Part shown: positions 1 through 9,193 of the stretch, piece by piece
Layout: the number at the start of each line of letters is the position of its first letter
Position numbering within the stretch: position 1 is the stretch's first letter
IMG/VR virus record: IMGVR_UViG_3300023084_000003
Source: a virus
Length of the DNA stretch: 64,000 bases
Reading direction: 5' to 3' (one strand)
Translations under genes and position numbers: made by a program
The notes under the pieces: generated by a model
Told to the model about the DNA's origin: nothing
Database searches by the model: none
The model's input: the letters and a program-made list of their open reading frames with translations, nothing else

Positions 1-112
1 TAACATAGATAACATCAAGACCATAGATCTGAATCGATTCGATCACCAGATCGTCGATTAAGTTCTGTTCGTTGAAGTTATCGTAGTTTCTGAAGAAAAC
101 ATTGGTGGCCAT
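1..112 (-). CDS. gp14: Neck protein gp14 (5' part only, runs off window start; absent from ORF track)
   Basis: Manual translation from ATG at 112: MATNVFFRNYDNFNEQNLIDDLVIESIQIYGLDVIYV, the typical T4-like gp14 N-terminus; starts 3 nt after the gp13 stop. Confidence 0.9.
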   Translation of the reverse strand, partial: MATNVFFRNYDNFNEQNLIDDLVIESIQIYGLDVIYV

Positions 113-115
113 GAT

Positions 116-859
116 TTATCCAATAAAGTTGTACGTTAGTGGTTGAAGCGAGGAAATAGCATCTTCTTCCATCGCTCTTCTTTCTTCTCGTGCCTCCGCT
201 AGAATTTGCTCTCCATTAAATGAAACACCACCAACAAGTTGCATGTTATTAAATTTAGTAAGATTCAAACCCCATTGCTCTCTTACAAGAACAGCAGAAT
301 AGTTTTGTAGCCAACGATCTGACCAGACTTCTTCATAGAAATCTTCATCTATTACGTCGTAAGCTTCGATAATAATATAGTTTCCTACAGCAGTTCTACT
401 TGCATCTGCATCAATATACAATCTGTTTACATGTTTATTGTATCTAATAAGAGGTCTACCTACTAGAATTTCAGCCATAAATTCAATGTGAGACATAGTC
501 ATGTAATATGATGAAACGTCGTATCCAGTAATGTCTCTTACGTTATTAAGTACAAACTGATAATTAACATTGAACATGCCTGTGCCAGAAGAAATAGATG
601 ATCCAAGATCAAATACCTTCTGAATACCCAGCAATTTCTGAGGTAGTGTAATATATCCGTTGTCTTTGTCTTCTTGAGTAATCTGGTGCTTAAGATAAAC
701 TAATTGGCTTCCATTGTAATGGTAATCTCTCCAAAAAGAAATAGCCTCGTCGATTCTATCTTCTACCTGTTCATCAGATACGTTAATTTGAATGACCGGC
801 GCACCAATTTTTCTTAGGACATATTCTGTGAATTCTTCTCTTGATGTTGGCTGTGCCAT
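116..859 (-). CDS. gp13: Neck protein gp13
   Basis: LRKIGAPVIQINV...QVEDRIDEAI...DYHYNG and C-terminal GGVSFNGEQI motifs of T4 gp13; followed by gp14. Confidence 0.93.
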   Translation of the reverse strand: MAQPTSREEFTEYVLRKIGAPVIQINVSDEQVEDRIDEAISFWRDYHYNGSQLVYLKHQITQEDKDNGYITLPQKLLGIQKVFDLGSSISSGTGMFNVNYQFVLNNVRDITGYDVSSYYMTMSHIEFMAEILVGRPLIRYNKHVNRLYIDADASRTAVGNYIIIEAYDVIDEDFYEEVWSDRWLQNYSAVLVREQWGLNLTKFNNMQLVGGVSFNGEQILAEAREERRAMEEDAISSLQPLTYNFIG

Positions 860-870
860 ATTTAATCCCC

Positions 871-1203
871 TTACGCCAACTCGCCTTTAACAATTATCTT
901 GATATAGCTTGAGTTGGGAAATGTTTCGATCTGCCCGTTTGAATACTCAATTTCAAACTCTGCAGTATGTGAACCAACATTTGCTGTATCACCGGACTGC
1001 CATTCATACTTTACAATTCCTTTTGAAGCGTTCACGATAGAGCCGGCTCCTGATGATATCACAGCAGTGCCATTTTCTCTTTTCATATGAAATCTAACTG
1101 CAGACGCTGTTGCAAGTGATCTAGCTCTACCGTTTGAGTCGGTTAGGACAGCTTCAATCGATGGTGCCGTATCATTCTGCTTTATGTAAAAAGTAGCCGC
1201 CAT
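871..1203 (-). CDS. BppU N-terminal-like beta-sandwich protein (virion adaptor)
   Basis: IKQNDTAPSIEAVLTD...GIVKYEWQSGDT...G...AEFEIEY..G..ETFP pattern typical of BppU_N-like domains. Confidence 0.65.
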   Translation of the reverse strand: MAATFYIKQNDTAPSIEAVLTDSNGRARSLATASAVRFHMKRENGTAVISSGAGSIVNASKGIVKYEWQSGDTANVGSHTAEFEIEYSNGQIETFPNSSYIKIIVKGELA

Positions 1204-1230
1204 TGCGCTTTTCTCCGAGTATTTTACTTT

Positions 1231-1238
1231 TATTTATT
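1231..1238 (-). promoter_or_regulatory. Late promoter-like box (AATAAATA, one mismatch to TATAAATA)
   Basis: tatttatt on + strand in the 1204-1244 intergenic gap, upstream of a GGAG RBS and the ORF starting at 1203. Confidence 0.5.
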
Positions 1239-1244
1239 AAACTA

Positions 1245-2408
1245 CTAACGTAGTAGTTTTACATCAGTAGTGCCATTGGCTAACAATTTAACACCGTTAT
1301 CAGGATGATTTATGATAACACCGTTGTATCCGTTTCCAATAAATGACAAACCGTTTACGCCGTCTCTACTGTATATGTGTTCTGTAACATTAACACCCTT
1401 ACCTTTAAAGGTAAATCCAATAGTACCGGCTCCTTCACCATCACTAAACTGGGCAAGTCTACCTGAAAAATCAAATGAGTATGAAAGATTTAATCTACCA
1501 CGGTTTGATAGTAGACCTGTTGAAGCTACTGTAAATGAGATTACATTATTAGCTTCAGGGAACTGAGGATAAACATGTCTGCCCGCGAATTCATTTGTAA
1601 TATTAAATGTGCCCGCTGCTGCACCTGTAACGATTACATCACCTTCACCATCAAGAGTAAATCCAAACGAAGATACAGATGCCGTATCAGTTACTAGAAC
1701 ATCACCTTCAGTATTATTATTTGTAGTAACGTTAAATGTTACATCACCAACGCCTTTAACAACAACTTCACCTGTAGAAGATGCTGTAAATTCAGTAGTG
1801 ACAGAATTTGGAGATGGGGTCGATTGAGATATTGCGCTAACAAGAACTTCTGCAGATGCAGCAACTCCAAATGTAATGGTTCCTGCTGGGACTGCTTCGG
1901 CTTCGACAATAACATCACCTTCAGTATCATCTGAAGAGAAACTAAGAAGATTATTAGCAACACCAGCAATAATTACCTGGCCGACAGAGTTGGCCGTGTA
2001 GTCTACTGTGCCTACAAAATTACCAACACGTTTCTTAGATTCCGCATAAAGATCAAAGTCAAGGCTGCTGTTAAGCTGGCCGTCTATAATATTGATTGCT
2101 GATGATTGTAAAGTAGGTGTGATTGGATATACAACTGCGCCGAATGATTCTGCTATAATCTTTACATCGCCTTCAGCACTTAATGAGAACCCAACCTCAC
2201 CTTCAGGATAAGTAACAGTACCTGCAATATCTACTTCACCAGTGGTAGGCTGAGTTGTCTCGAACGAGAGGGTAGCATTCATCTGCCCCCAAATTTCTTT
2301 GAGACCTTCAGATTCTAATGTAAATGCCAGCGTTTTTTCTAAAGAAGCTTCGATGCCAGGTTGATCCTGAGCTGAAGGTGCTGCCGCTGGAGGAATAAAT
2401 CCTAACAT
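1245..2408 (-). CDS. Putative virion structural protein, repetitive beta-rich
   Basis: 387 aa, V/G/A/T/S-rich with recurring GDVxV..F motifs; lies among tail and neck genes. Confidence 0.5.
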   Translation of the reverse strand: MLGFIPPAAAPSAQDQPGIEASLEKTLAFTLESEGLKEIWGQMNATLSFETTQPTTGEVDIAGTVTYPEGEVGFSLSAEGDVKIIAESFGAVVYPITPTLQSSAINIIDGQLNSSLDFDLYAESKKRVGNFVGTVDYTANSVGQVIIAGVANNLLSFSSDDTEGDVIVEAEAVPAGTITFGVAASAEVLVSAISQSTPSPNSVTTEFTASSTGEVVVKGVGDVTFNVTTNNNTEGDVLVTDTASVSSFGFTLDGEGDVIVTGAAAGTFNITNEFAGRHVYPQFPEANNVISFTVASTGLLSNRGRLNLSYSFDFSGRLAQFSDGEGAGTIGFTFKGKGVNVTEHIYSRDGVNGLSFIGNGYNGVIINHPDNGVKLLANGTTDVKLLR

Positions 2409-2421
2409 CTGTTTTTACCTC

Positions 2422-3429
2422 TTAGACGCTTCCATAAACTGTTCCTGTCCATGTTCCTTGAGTAAAAGTTCCACTTATAGCAGCACCACCGGCGCCACCG
2501 GTACCGCCACCGCCGTTTCCTCCAGCTGCGCCCCAGCCTCCGCCAGATCCTGCTGCTGTAGTAGAACTACGAGAATCTGATCCGCCGGTAGTGCCTGGAT
2601 TTCCCGCAGAACCGCCCGCTGCGCCAGAAATACTATTACTTGAGCCAGATCCAGCATTGCTTAAAAAACCACCAGTACCTCCAGTGCCTGGCAAAATACG
2701 TCCGCCAGCGCCCCCGCCACCATTAAAGCTCGTGCCTTCATCCCAGAATGTTACTCCAGAACCACCACCTGCGCCACCGCCGTGACCGCCTTCCGTACCT
2801 CTAGCGCCGTTAGGACCATCTGTTCCTACATTTCCAACTGATCCACCAGCATTACCAGAAGGTCCTCCAGATCCGCCGCCTGCACCACCACCGCCGCCTG
2901 CTCTCCATCCATAGGCTGCACTAGAGCTTGCTCCGCCACCACCGCCGCCTGCGATGAAGGCACCGGCTAAATTATTAATAGTAACAGAATCAGACGTAGT
3001 TATGATAATAGCATCGCCGCCATTACCGCCATTACCGGCACCACCGCCGGCACCACCTTTACCTATAATATAGCCTTCATTATTAATAGTAACACCGTTT
3101 GGGAAGGATCCAGCAATAGTCAATCCTGCGCCATTAATATCATTAGACCAAACATAAACTCCAGAAGATATATTTAAGGTTACGGCAGAAGTTCCATCCC
3201 AGCCTTGCGCAGTAGCATAAGTTGCAAGATCCATCTCTTGAGTGTTTGTAGAAACAGTGAAGCCAGCAGATGCACCATAAAACTGGTTGAAACTAGATGC
3301 AGAACCAGAAGCTTTACCTATAAGGTCTCTAATATCTTGGTCATTAAGAGTACACAGAGTTCCACTGGTACCTCCAGCTTCTATGTGCAGGTCATTGATA
3401 GAAATTGCACCTGATGCTTGTAGAGCCAT
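2422..3429 (-). CDS. gp38-like tail fibre tip adhesin with polyglycine segments
   Basis: MALQASGAISIND N-terminus, VTINNEGYIIGKGGAGG and many GGGGG runs as in T2/S16 gp38 polyglycine-II adhesins; start overlaps the upstream fibre stop (TAATG at 3427-3431). Confidence 0.75.
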   Translation of the reverse strand: MALQASGAISINDLHIEAGGTSGTLCTLNDQDIRDLIGKASGSASSFNQFYGASAGFTVSTNTQEMDLATYATAQGWDGTSAVTLNISSGVYVWSNDINGAGLTIAGSFPNGVTINNEGYIIGKGGAGGGAGNGGNGGDAIIITTSDSVTINNLAGAFIAGGGGGGASSSAAYGWRAGGGGGAGGGSGGPSGNAGGSVGNVGTDGPNGARGTEGGHGGGAGGGSGVTFWDEGTSFNGGGGAGGRILPGTGGTGGFLSNAGSGSSNSISGAAGGSAGNPGTTGGSDSRSSTTAAGSGGGWGAAGGNGGGGTGGAGGAAISGTFTQGTWTGTVYGSV

Positions 3430-6400
3430 TAGACTGTTCCATAACCGGTCACGTTACCTGTCACTGTTAGATTACCGTTGGAATCTATTTTCATTTTATT
3501 AGAACCGCTGTGAGAGAATATAAGCTCACCAGACACAGACGTTATAGTCCAGTCACCCATGCTAACCTGCATTTCTCCAGTTGACGAGATAATTTGATAC
3601 CCGCTTACGTTCGTATTAATTTGGAGTGTATCAGTGCCGTTTGTTACTGTAACGGCGCCGGCAGATCCTGTAGTAGTTTTAAGTTCAATACCAGTAGATT
3701 TTGTAGCAAATCTTTGCGTTCCGTAATGGAAAAGCTGAGCCTCACCACTAGATCCATCAGCTTTGAAATATTCTGAGCCACCATATGAATTATCAGATCG
3801 AGATCCTAAGATTCTTACATCATGAGAAGCTCCAACTCCTGCTGCCCATAATACAAGATCTCCGTGCCAACTTCTAATATAGCCACTGCTATTTAAATGT
3901 TGAATCTCTAAATCGGGACATTGAGTGTTTGTTCCAAGAATATTAACAAGGCCGCCAGCTCCCATATTAATAGAAGATGTATCACTGAAAGTAGCATCTA
4001 CGTTACCGCCAAAATTTAAATAACCATTAACAACATCTGTTCTATCAGATTGAGTTAATAATCTCCAGCTACCCGCATGGCTAATTATAGCTTGACCCGT
4101 AGAGCTTGCTTTAATTATTTCTTGACTAGATGCATTTTGAATAAACAAATCTTGCGCTTGAATATACAATGATTCATTTAGCGATCTAATAACGTTGTTT
4201 CCGCCGTAGTTTGACTCATGCGCGATTTCCATGTCGCTACCAGCGCCAAAATAGATATAATCATAGTCTCCCATGCGGATATGCTTGTTATTTGAATCTA
4301 AATCACCACCAAGTTGTGGTGTCGTATCTTCTACAACATTAGAAATGGCGCTCAGGTTTGTTAAACCGCTACCATCACCGCTAAATGCTGTTGCGGTAGC
4401 TGTACCTGTTATTGTGACACCACTTGCGTTTGTTGCTAACTTTACTCCACCATCGGCACCACCGTTTGTGCTATAATCACCCCAATGCATTTCAGCAGCA
4501 CCAGTTGATCCGTCTGCTACAAAGTAGTTAGCAATGCCTCCAGATCCATTATCAGTTTGGATCTTAACATCGTAGTCATTAGCACTGTTACGAATTGTAA
4601 GATCCCAATTTATATTTTCTATATAAGTGTTACCAAAGTGATAGATTTTAAGATCATTTGAAGCACCAAAAGTTAACATATTAGTGGTACTTCCATTGCT
4701 GTCACCAAAATTGATTTGATTACCGTTTGTATCAAGAGCACCACCAAGCTGTGGAGTAGTATCTTGTACAAGACTTGTAAATGATTCAGACGTTAGATAT
4801 CCAGCAGCCGAATGGTCTCCCCAGCCATATGCCGTGTTCCAGTTTGCGCTATTGTCCGTAACAATAGAGTAGGAACCTGCAGTTGCGCCTCGTTTCATAA
4901 GACCTTGCGATGTAAAATCACCATCAACAACTACATCAGCGTGTGAAGTTTGGGATGTAAGATAACGACCATCTAAATCCACAGTTAAAGCTGTTAAGCC
5001 AGATCTATTAACAGTTAATATTCCGTTTGTAGTATTAAATGATAGACTTGACGCATAGTTGTTTGTATCAGTATAACTTGTAAGATAACCTTGTGTCGAA
5101 TGGTCTCCCCAGCTATATGCAGTATTCCAGTTAGCACTATTATCTGTAACAATAGAGTAGGAACCAGCCGAAGCTCCTCTTTTCATAAGTCCTTGAGAAC
5201 CAAAGTCGCCGTCAACAACTACGTCGGCATGAGATGTTTGGCTTGTTAAGTAACCAACCTGTGCATGATCGCCCCAGCCATGTGCTGTGTCTGCCTTAGT
5301 GCCTTGGGCAGCCGTTGCATAATCTGTAGATGCGGTAGTTGCAGCAGTTCCTAAACCTAAGTTAGTTCTTGCTGTCGCAGCATTAGTTAGATCTGATAGG
5401 TTTGAAGCTTTAGCAAGTTTTGTGCCAATATTAGTTGCAGTCGTGGTTGCAAAGTTTGCATCGTCACCTAAAGCAGCAGCCAACTCATTAAGAGTATTAA
5501 GCGCTGCTGGTGCTGAATCTACCACACCCGCTACTGCTGTATCTACATATGAGGTTGTTGCGTATCCTTCAACACCATGATCTCCCCAACTATAGGCTGT
5601 ATCCCAGTTTGACGAGTTTGTAACTGCAGTATTTAGAGCAGTCGTTGTAGCATATCCTTGTGAAGCATGATTACCCCAGCTGTATGCAGTATCCCAGTTG
5701 GCTGAGTTTGCGGTCTTAGTGTTTACATAGGTGATTGTAGAATAACCTTCGACACCGTGGTCGCCCCAGCTGTATGCAGTATCCCAGTTAGATGAGTTTG
5801 TAACTGCAGTATTAAGAGCTGCTTGTGTTGCGTAGGTTTGGAGGTCTGTAATCTGACTCTCAGTAATTCTAAGATCAGTTTGGTGCTGTGTAACACTCGT
5901 ATTAGATACGTAAGCATCAGGAACTATGTCCCATGTTACTACAGATGAAAGATCGTTTGTTTCTGGAGGATAGTTAATGTCACTTAACAGAGCAAACGTT
6001 CCAGAACCAGCTGGAATAGTATGAGAGTTAAGTGTACCTGTAAGAGTAATACCACCACTTACTGTAGCAATTACCTCAGATCCATCATACATAATTTTAG
6101 CAGAACCTGAAGCACCTTCAGCTTTAAAGTAAGTTGCTAATCCATTGTCTGCTGAATTTCTAGCTCTAATATTGACATCGCCATGCGTACCTGCAGAAAA
6201 ACTGCCAGTCTGGTTGAGATTCATATCTCCATTATTGGTAAGGATTCCAAAACCAGAACCAGTTGTAAACATATGAGCGTCAGGTATTGATGTATTAGCA
6301 CCAAATTGCAAACGGTTATTTTCATCTATGGTCATCCACCCAGTGGATCCATCGATTTTAACCCAGCTAGTATTTGTTGCTGTCCAAGTTTGCTCACCTG

Positions 6401-6725
6401 TCCATGCAATATCATCTTCAGGCTGCAAAATATTACCTGCTAAAATTGTAGCAAATACTTGTGCATTACCTGTAAGATTAAGAGCAGTACCACCGTCAGA
6501 GCTTTCTGTTACGGTGCGCGTAAGTGTGATGGAACCCACGTCTGAATAGACGCCGGAACCAATTTCCCAATCGTTGCCATCCTCAATTACGTAACTAATA
6601 GTGTCGCCGTTCGTAACACCTGCGGCAGCGAAACTTTGATACGAACCGGCAGCTCCGTCTAATGTAAGAGTACCTGTGCCGGTGGTAGAGGTGGTCTCCT
6701 TTGCTCGGTTGACCAACTTTACCAT
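3429..6725 (-). CDS. Tail fibre protein (1098 aa)
   Basis: Fibre-type motifs (DSAPAALNTLNELAAALGDDANFATT, VEDTTPQLGGDLD twice, NWDTAYSWGDH repeats); ends GNLTVTGNVTGYG and is coupled to the adhesin gene. Confidence 0.8.
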   Translation of the reverse strand: MVKLVNRAKETTSTTGTGTLTLDGAAGSYQSFAAAGVTNGDTISYVIEDGNDWEIGSGVYSDVGSITLTRTVTESSDGGTALNLTGNAQVFATILAGNILQPEDDIAWTGEQTWTATNTSWVKIDGSTGWMTIDENNRLQFGANTSIPDAHMFTTGSGFGILTNNGDMNLNQTGSFSAGTHGDVNIRARNSADNGLATYFKAEGASGSAKIMYDGSEVIATVSGGITLTGTLNSHTIPAGSGTFALLSDINYPPETNDLSSVVTWDIVPDAYVSNTSVTQHQTDLRITESQITDLQTYATQAALNTAVTNSSNWDTAYSWGDHGVEGYSTITYVNTKTANSANWDTAYSWGNHASQGYATTTALNTAVTNSSNWDTAYSWGDHGVEGYATTSYVDTAVAGVVDSAPAALNTLNELAAALGDDANFATTTATNIGTKLAKASNLSDLTNAATARTNLGLGTAATTASTDYATAAQGTKADTAHGWGDHAQVGYLTSQTSHADVVVDGDFGSQGLMKRGASAGSYSIVTDNSANWNTAYSWGDHSTQGYLTSYTDTNNYASSLSFNTTNGILTVNRSGLTALTVDLDGRYLTSQTSHADVVVDGDFTSQGLMKRGATAGSYSIVTDNSANWNTAYGWGDHSAAGYLTSESFTSLVQDTTPQLGGALDTNGNQINFGDSNGSTTNMLTFGASNDLKIYHFGNTYIENINWDLTIRNSANDYDVKIQTDNGSGGIANYFVADGSTGAAEMHWGDYSTNGGADGGVKLATNASGVTITGTATATAFSGDGSGLTNLSAISNVVEDTTPQLGGDLDSNNKHIRMGDYDYIYFGAGSDMEIAHESNYGGNNVIRSLNESLYIQAQDLFIQNASSQEIIKASSTGQAIISHAGSWRLLTQSDRTDVVNGYLNFGGNVDATFSDTSSINMGAGGLVNILGTNTQCPDLEIQHLNSSGYIRSWHGDLVLWAAGVGASHDVRILGSRSDNSYGGSEYFKADGSSGEAQLFHYGTQRFATKSTGIELKTTTGSAGAVTVTNGTDTLQINTNVSGYQIISSTGEMQVSMGDWTITSVSGELIFSHSGSNKMKIDSNGNLTVTGNVTGYGTV
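4800..5830 (-). repeat. Internal tandem repeats of the 1098-aa fibre
   Basis: About six NW[DN]TAY[SG]WG[DN]H-type units and two copies of TSQTSHADVVVDGDFxSQGLMKRGAxAGSYSIVTDNSA; similarity is visible at DNA level (5561-5640 vs 5741-5820). Confidence 0.85.
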
Positions 6726-6731
6726 TTTGTA

Positions 6732-7139
6732 TTATGCTCCGCCGGCTGTAATCGTAAACGCTGTAATTTGGATCTGCTGACCGATTGCAATATTTGTGTT
6801 GTCAAGCTCCATGTCACCGCCACCTGAAGTAGCTGTGATAGTTCCCTGCATATGACACGTAGTCCCTGTGCTGTCAAAAACTCTGAAGTGACCTGCAACA
6901 CCACTTGCATCTGCAGAAAGGTCCTGCCACGTGCCTGAGAGTTGCACCACGCCACCCGCTGGAGCCTGCATAAAGTCAGAAGGTAGAGTCATTGAAGCTA
7001 GAACTGTACCTGTGTTTGCTGTAGCACAGTCTGTAGGTGGGTTGTCCGTTGAGATAGTTAGAATGGGTGATGTTCCCACAGTAGTCTCAATAGCGGCCAA
7101 TGTAGCGTTTCTTACCGCAGTAGATAATTGAAAAGCCAT
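6732..7139 (-). CDS. Small virion/tail-associated protein
   Basis: 135 aa, preceded by late promoter and GGAG RBS; immediately upstream of a fibre gene. Confidence 0.55.
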   Translation of the reverse strand: MAFQLSTAVRNATLAAIETTVGTSPILTISTDNPPTDCATANTGTVLASMTLPSDFMQAPAGGVVQLSGTWQDLSADASGVAGHFRVFDSTGTTCHMQGTITATSGGGDMELDNTNIAIGQQIQITAFTITAGGA

Positions 7140-7182
7140 TCGCTTTCTCCTTGTTTTTTTGGGATTAAAGACATTTCATTCT

Positions 7183-7190
7183 TATTTATA
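7183..7190 (-). promoter_or_regulatory. T4-type late promoter TATAAATA
   Basis: Exact consensus (tatttata on +) in the intergenic gap, 44 nt upstream of the ATG at 7139. Confidence 0.8.
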
Positions 7191-7201
7191 AAGAAACGTG
7201 A

Positions 7202-7954
7202 TTATCTTCTTTCAATATCTTCTTCAGACAAAGTATCTCCCATCCAAACTTCAATCACCTTACAAGCATTTTCACCTACATTAGTAGCTTTGTGCCACGA
7301 TTTCTTGGGAATGTCGATGCTTTCGCCGGTTGAGTAAACTTTTGAAGTCTTATATCCACTCTGAAACTCAAGGTTCATTTCAAGTTTGCCATCAACAATA
7401 TGCCAATGCTCAGATCTTGCAAAATGCCTTTGATCGCTTAATGATTTACCAGGATCAATAGTAAGTTCTTTTACTTTCCAATGCCCATTAGAATCAAGGT
7501 TTCGGTATTTACCCCAAAGACGTTGCGTTTCAGGTTTGTCCCAGTTAGATAGAATCCATGATGAGCTATTCTTTTTATCTTCGCCACCTACGCCAAAAAC
7601 AAATTCTACATCATCAAATACCATCTCAGGAATATTGTCTTTAGTACGATCTCCGCCATTTGCAAACACGATTTCAGAATTACGTGGAAACATATCTTTT
7701 ACATGTTGAATTGCAGCAATAGCGCTGTTATCGTCGTCATTAAAACCGAAAGCATTACCAACACATTTGATGTTTTCTACAATTGCCTTGCGTTCTTCAA
7801 ATGGCATAAATGGCCGGCCTTTTTTACGAACCAACCATTCATCACTATTAAGACCTACACAAAGAATATCACCTAGTTCCTTAGCAGCTTTAAAGTAAGC
7901 GATATGTCCTGAATGAAGTGGATCAAATCCACCGGTAACTACAACTACTCTCAT
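7202..7954 (-). CDS. Cytidylyltransferase-family nucleotidyltransferase fused to a mannose-6-phosphate isomerase type II-like cupin
   Basis: TGGFDPLHSGH (HIGH-like), VGLNSDEWL.RKKG.PFM...ER; C-terminal VKELTIDPGKSLSDQRHFARSEHW cupin motif. Confidence 0.85.
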   Translation of the reverse strand: MRVVVVTGGFDPLHSGHIAYFKAAKELGDILCVGLNSDEWLVRKKGRPFMPFEERKAIVENIKCVGNAFGFNDDDNSAIAAIQHVKDMFPRNSEIVFANGGDRTKDNIPEMVFDDVEFVFGVGGEDKKNSSSWILSNWDKPETQRLWGKYRNLDSNGHWKVKELTIDPGKSLSDQRHFARSEHWHIVDGKLEMNLEFQSGYKTSKVYSTGESIDIPKKSWHKATNVGENACKVIEVWMGDTLSEEDIERR

Positions 7955-9192
7955 ACTCTATATTCCTTCATCATATATCTCCAAGCAAAGTTTGTATCTT
8001 CTGGAGCTTTCATTCTCTCATTCATTGGTGTAAGGAATCCTGGATGAATCCACCAATCTTCATAGTTATCTGTCTCGTTAATTGCAACATCAGGTACAAA
8101 TAGAACATAACCGATCTTGCTCAATATTTCACGAGACTTAGCTCTCATCTCGTCTCCCCACCAACATGCATTGTGCTGAACTTGAATTACTGTAAACTCA
8201 TACTTATCAAAAGGTGTATTTTGAAGAGCAGTAATAGATGCAGAGTCTGCATTATATCTAATAAAGTCAACAAAGTTTTCTACGCAATTTGATTTAAACA
8301 ACATGTTGTAATCAATTTTATCTGCTTCTGCTTGTATGATAGTAGTATTTCTCGATCTCGAAAATTGAGAACAGAATCTTTCTGAGTTGTCAACTGACAA
8401 TCCTTTCCAACCAAAATCTTTTTCAAGAAGCAGAGTATTATTGTAAAGCTCAGGATGTCCTGAACCTATTTCTATAAATGTACCATGTTTCTTACCATTT
8501 GTAAAGGCCAAAACGAACATATCTTGGAAGTGTCTTGAATAATTCTTTTCAATTGATTCTTGGCCATCAAACTTCCATCTCCATTTCTCGTATAATTCTG
8601 GAGTGTATGTCAATGTACTTGGATAGCCAATATTGTTAAGAACACCAGTTACTTCATTATCTGTAACAGAGTCAAGCTTATTCTTATATTTTAGATCGAA
8701 CAATAGATTCTTAGAATCATCTCTACCGTTTGTTTTCCATTCAGACATTGCATTTACATATTTCAATCCAAGCACACCTGGATAGTCAAGATCAGGGTCT
8801 ACAATAGGATCGTGGTCGCAATTCAATCCCATCTTAGAATATACTAAAGCTTCTCTCCAATCACTTCTATCCATCTGCCATTTAGAATACAGGTAATATG
8901 CTTCAGGTCTTTCAGGCAAAGTTTGAATAGCCATCTTATACAAGCCACCTGTTGTATGATCTCGGTTACCAGCTCTATCAAAGATTGCAGCACCACGAAG
9001 AATAGATTTATATTGAAGCCATTTAGATTCAAAAGTGTCACCTTTTGACATATCTGCTGCTCGTAGATACCAACCAAAAGCTGCAGCGCCTTGTTTAAGC
9101 TTATCATATTCAAAAGCAAGTTTGTAGATCTTCTCAGGATTATCATAATCCATTACAACATCATTTAACAAATGTAGGTTTTCAAATTTCAT
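7951..9192 (-). CDS. TPR-containing protein fused to an FkbM-like SAM methyltransferase domain
   Basis: N-half helical TPR-like (PERPEAYYLYS); C-half YSRHFQDMFV...GTFIEIGS...NNTLLLEKDFGWKGLSVD as in FkbM-like methyltransferases. Confidence 0.7.
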   Translation of the reverse strand: MKFENLHLLNDVVMDYDNPEKIYKLAFEYDKLKQGAAAFGWYLRAADMSKGDTFESKWLQYKSILRGAAIFDRAGNRDHTTGGLYKMAIQTLPERPEAYYLYSKWQMDRSDWREALVYSKMGLNCDHDPIVDPDLDYPGVLGLKYVNAMSEWKTNGRDDSKNLLFDLKYKNKLDSVTDNEVTGVLNNIGYPSTLTYTPELYEKWRWKFDGQESIEKNYSRHFQDMFVLAFTNGKKHGTFIEIGSGHPELYNNTLLLEKDFGWKGLSVDNSERFCSQFSRSRNTTIIQAEADKIDYNMLFKSNCVENFVDFIRYNADSASITALQNTPFDKYEFTVIQVQHNACWWGDEMRAKSREILSKIGYVLFVPDVAINETDNYEDWWIHPGFLTPMNERMKAPEDTNFAWRYMMKEYRV

Positions 9193-9193
9193 A

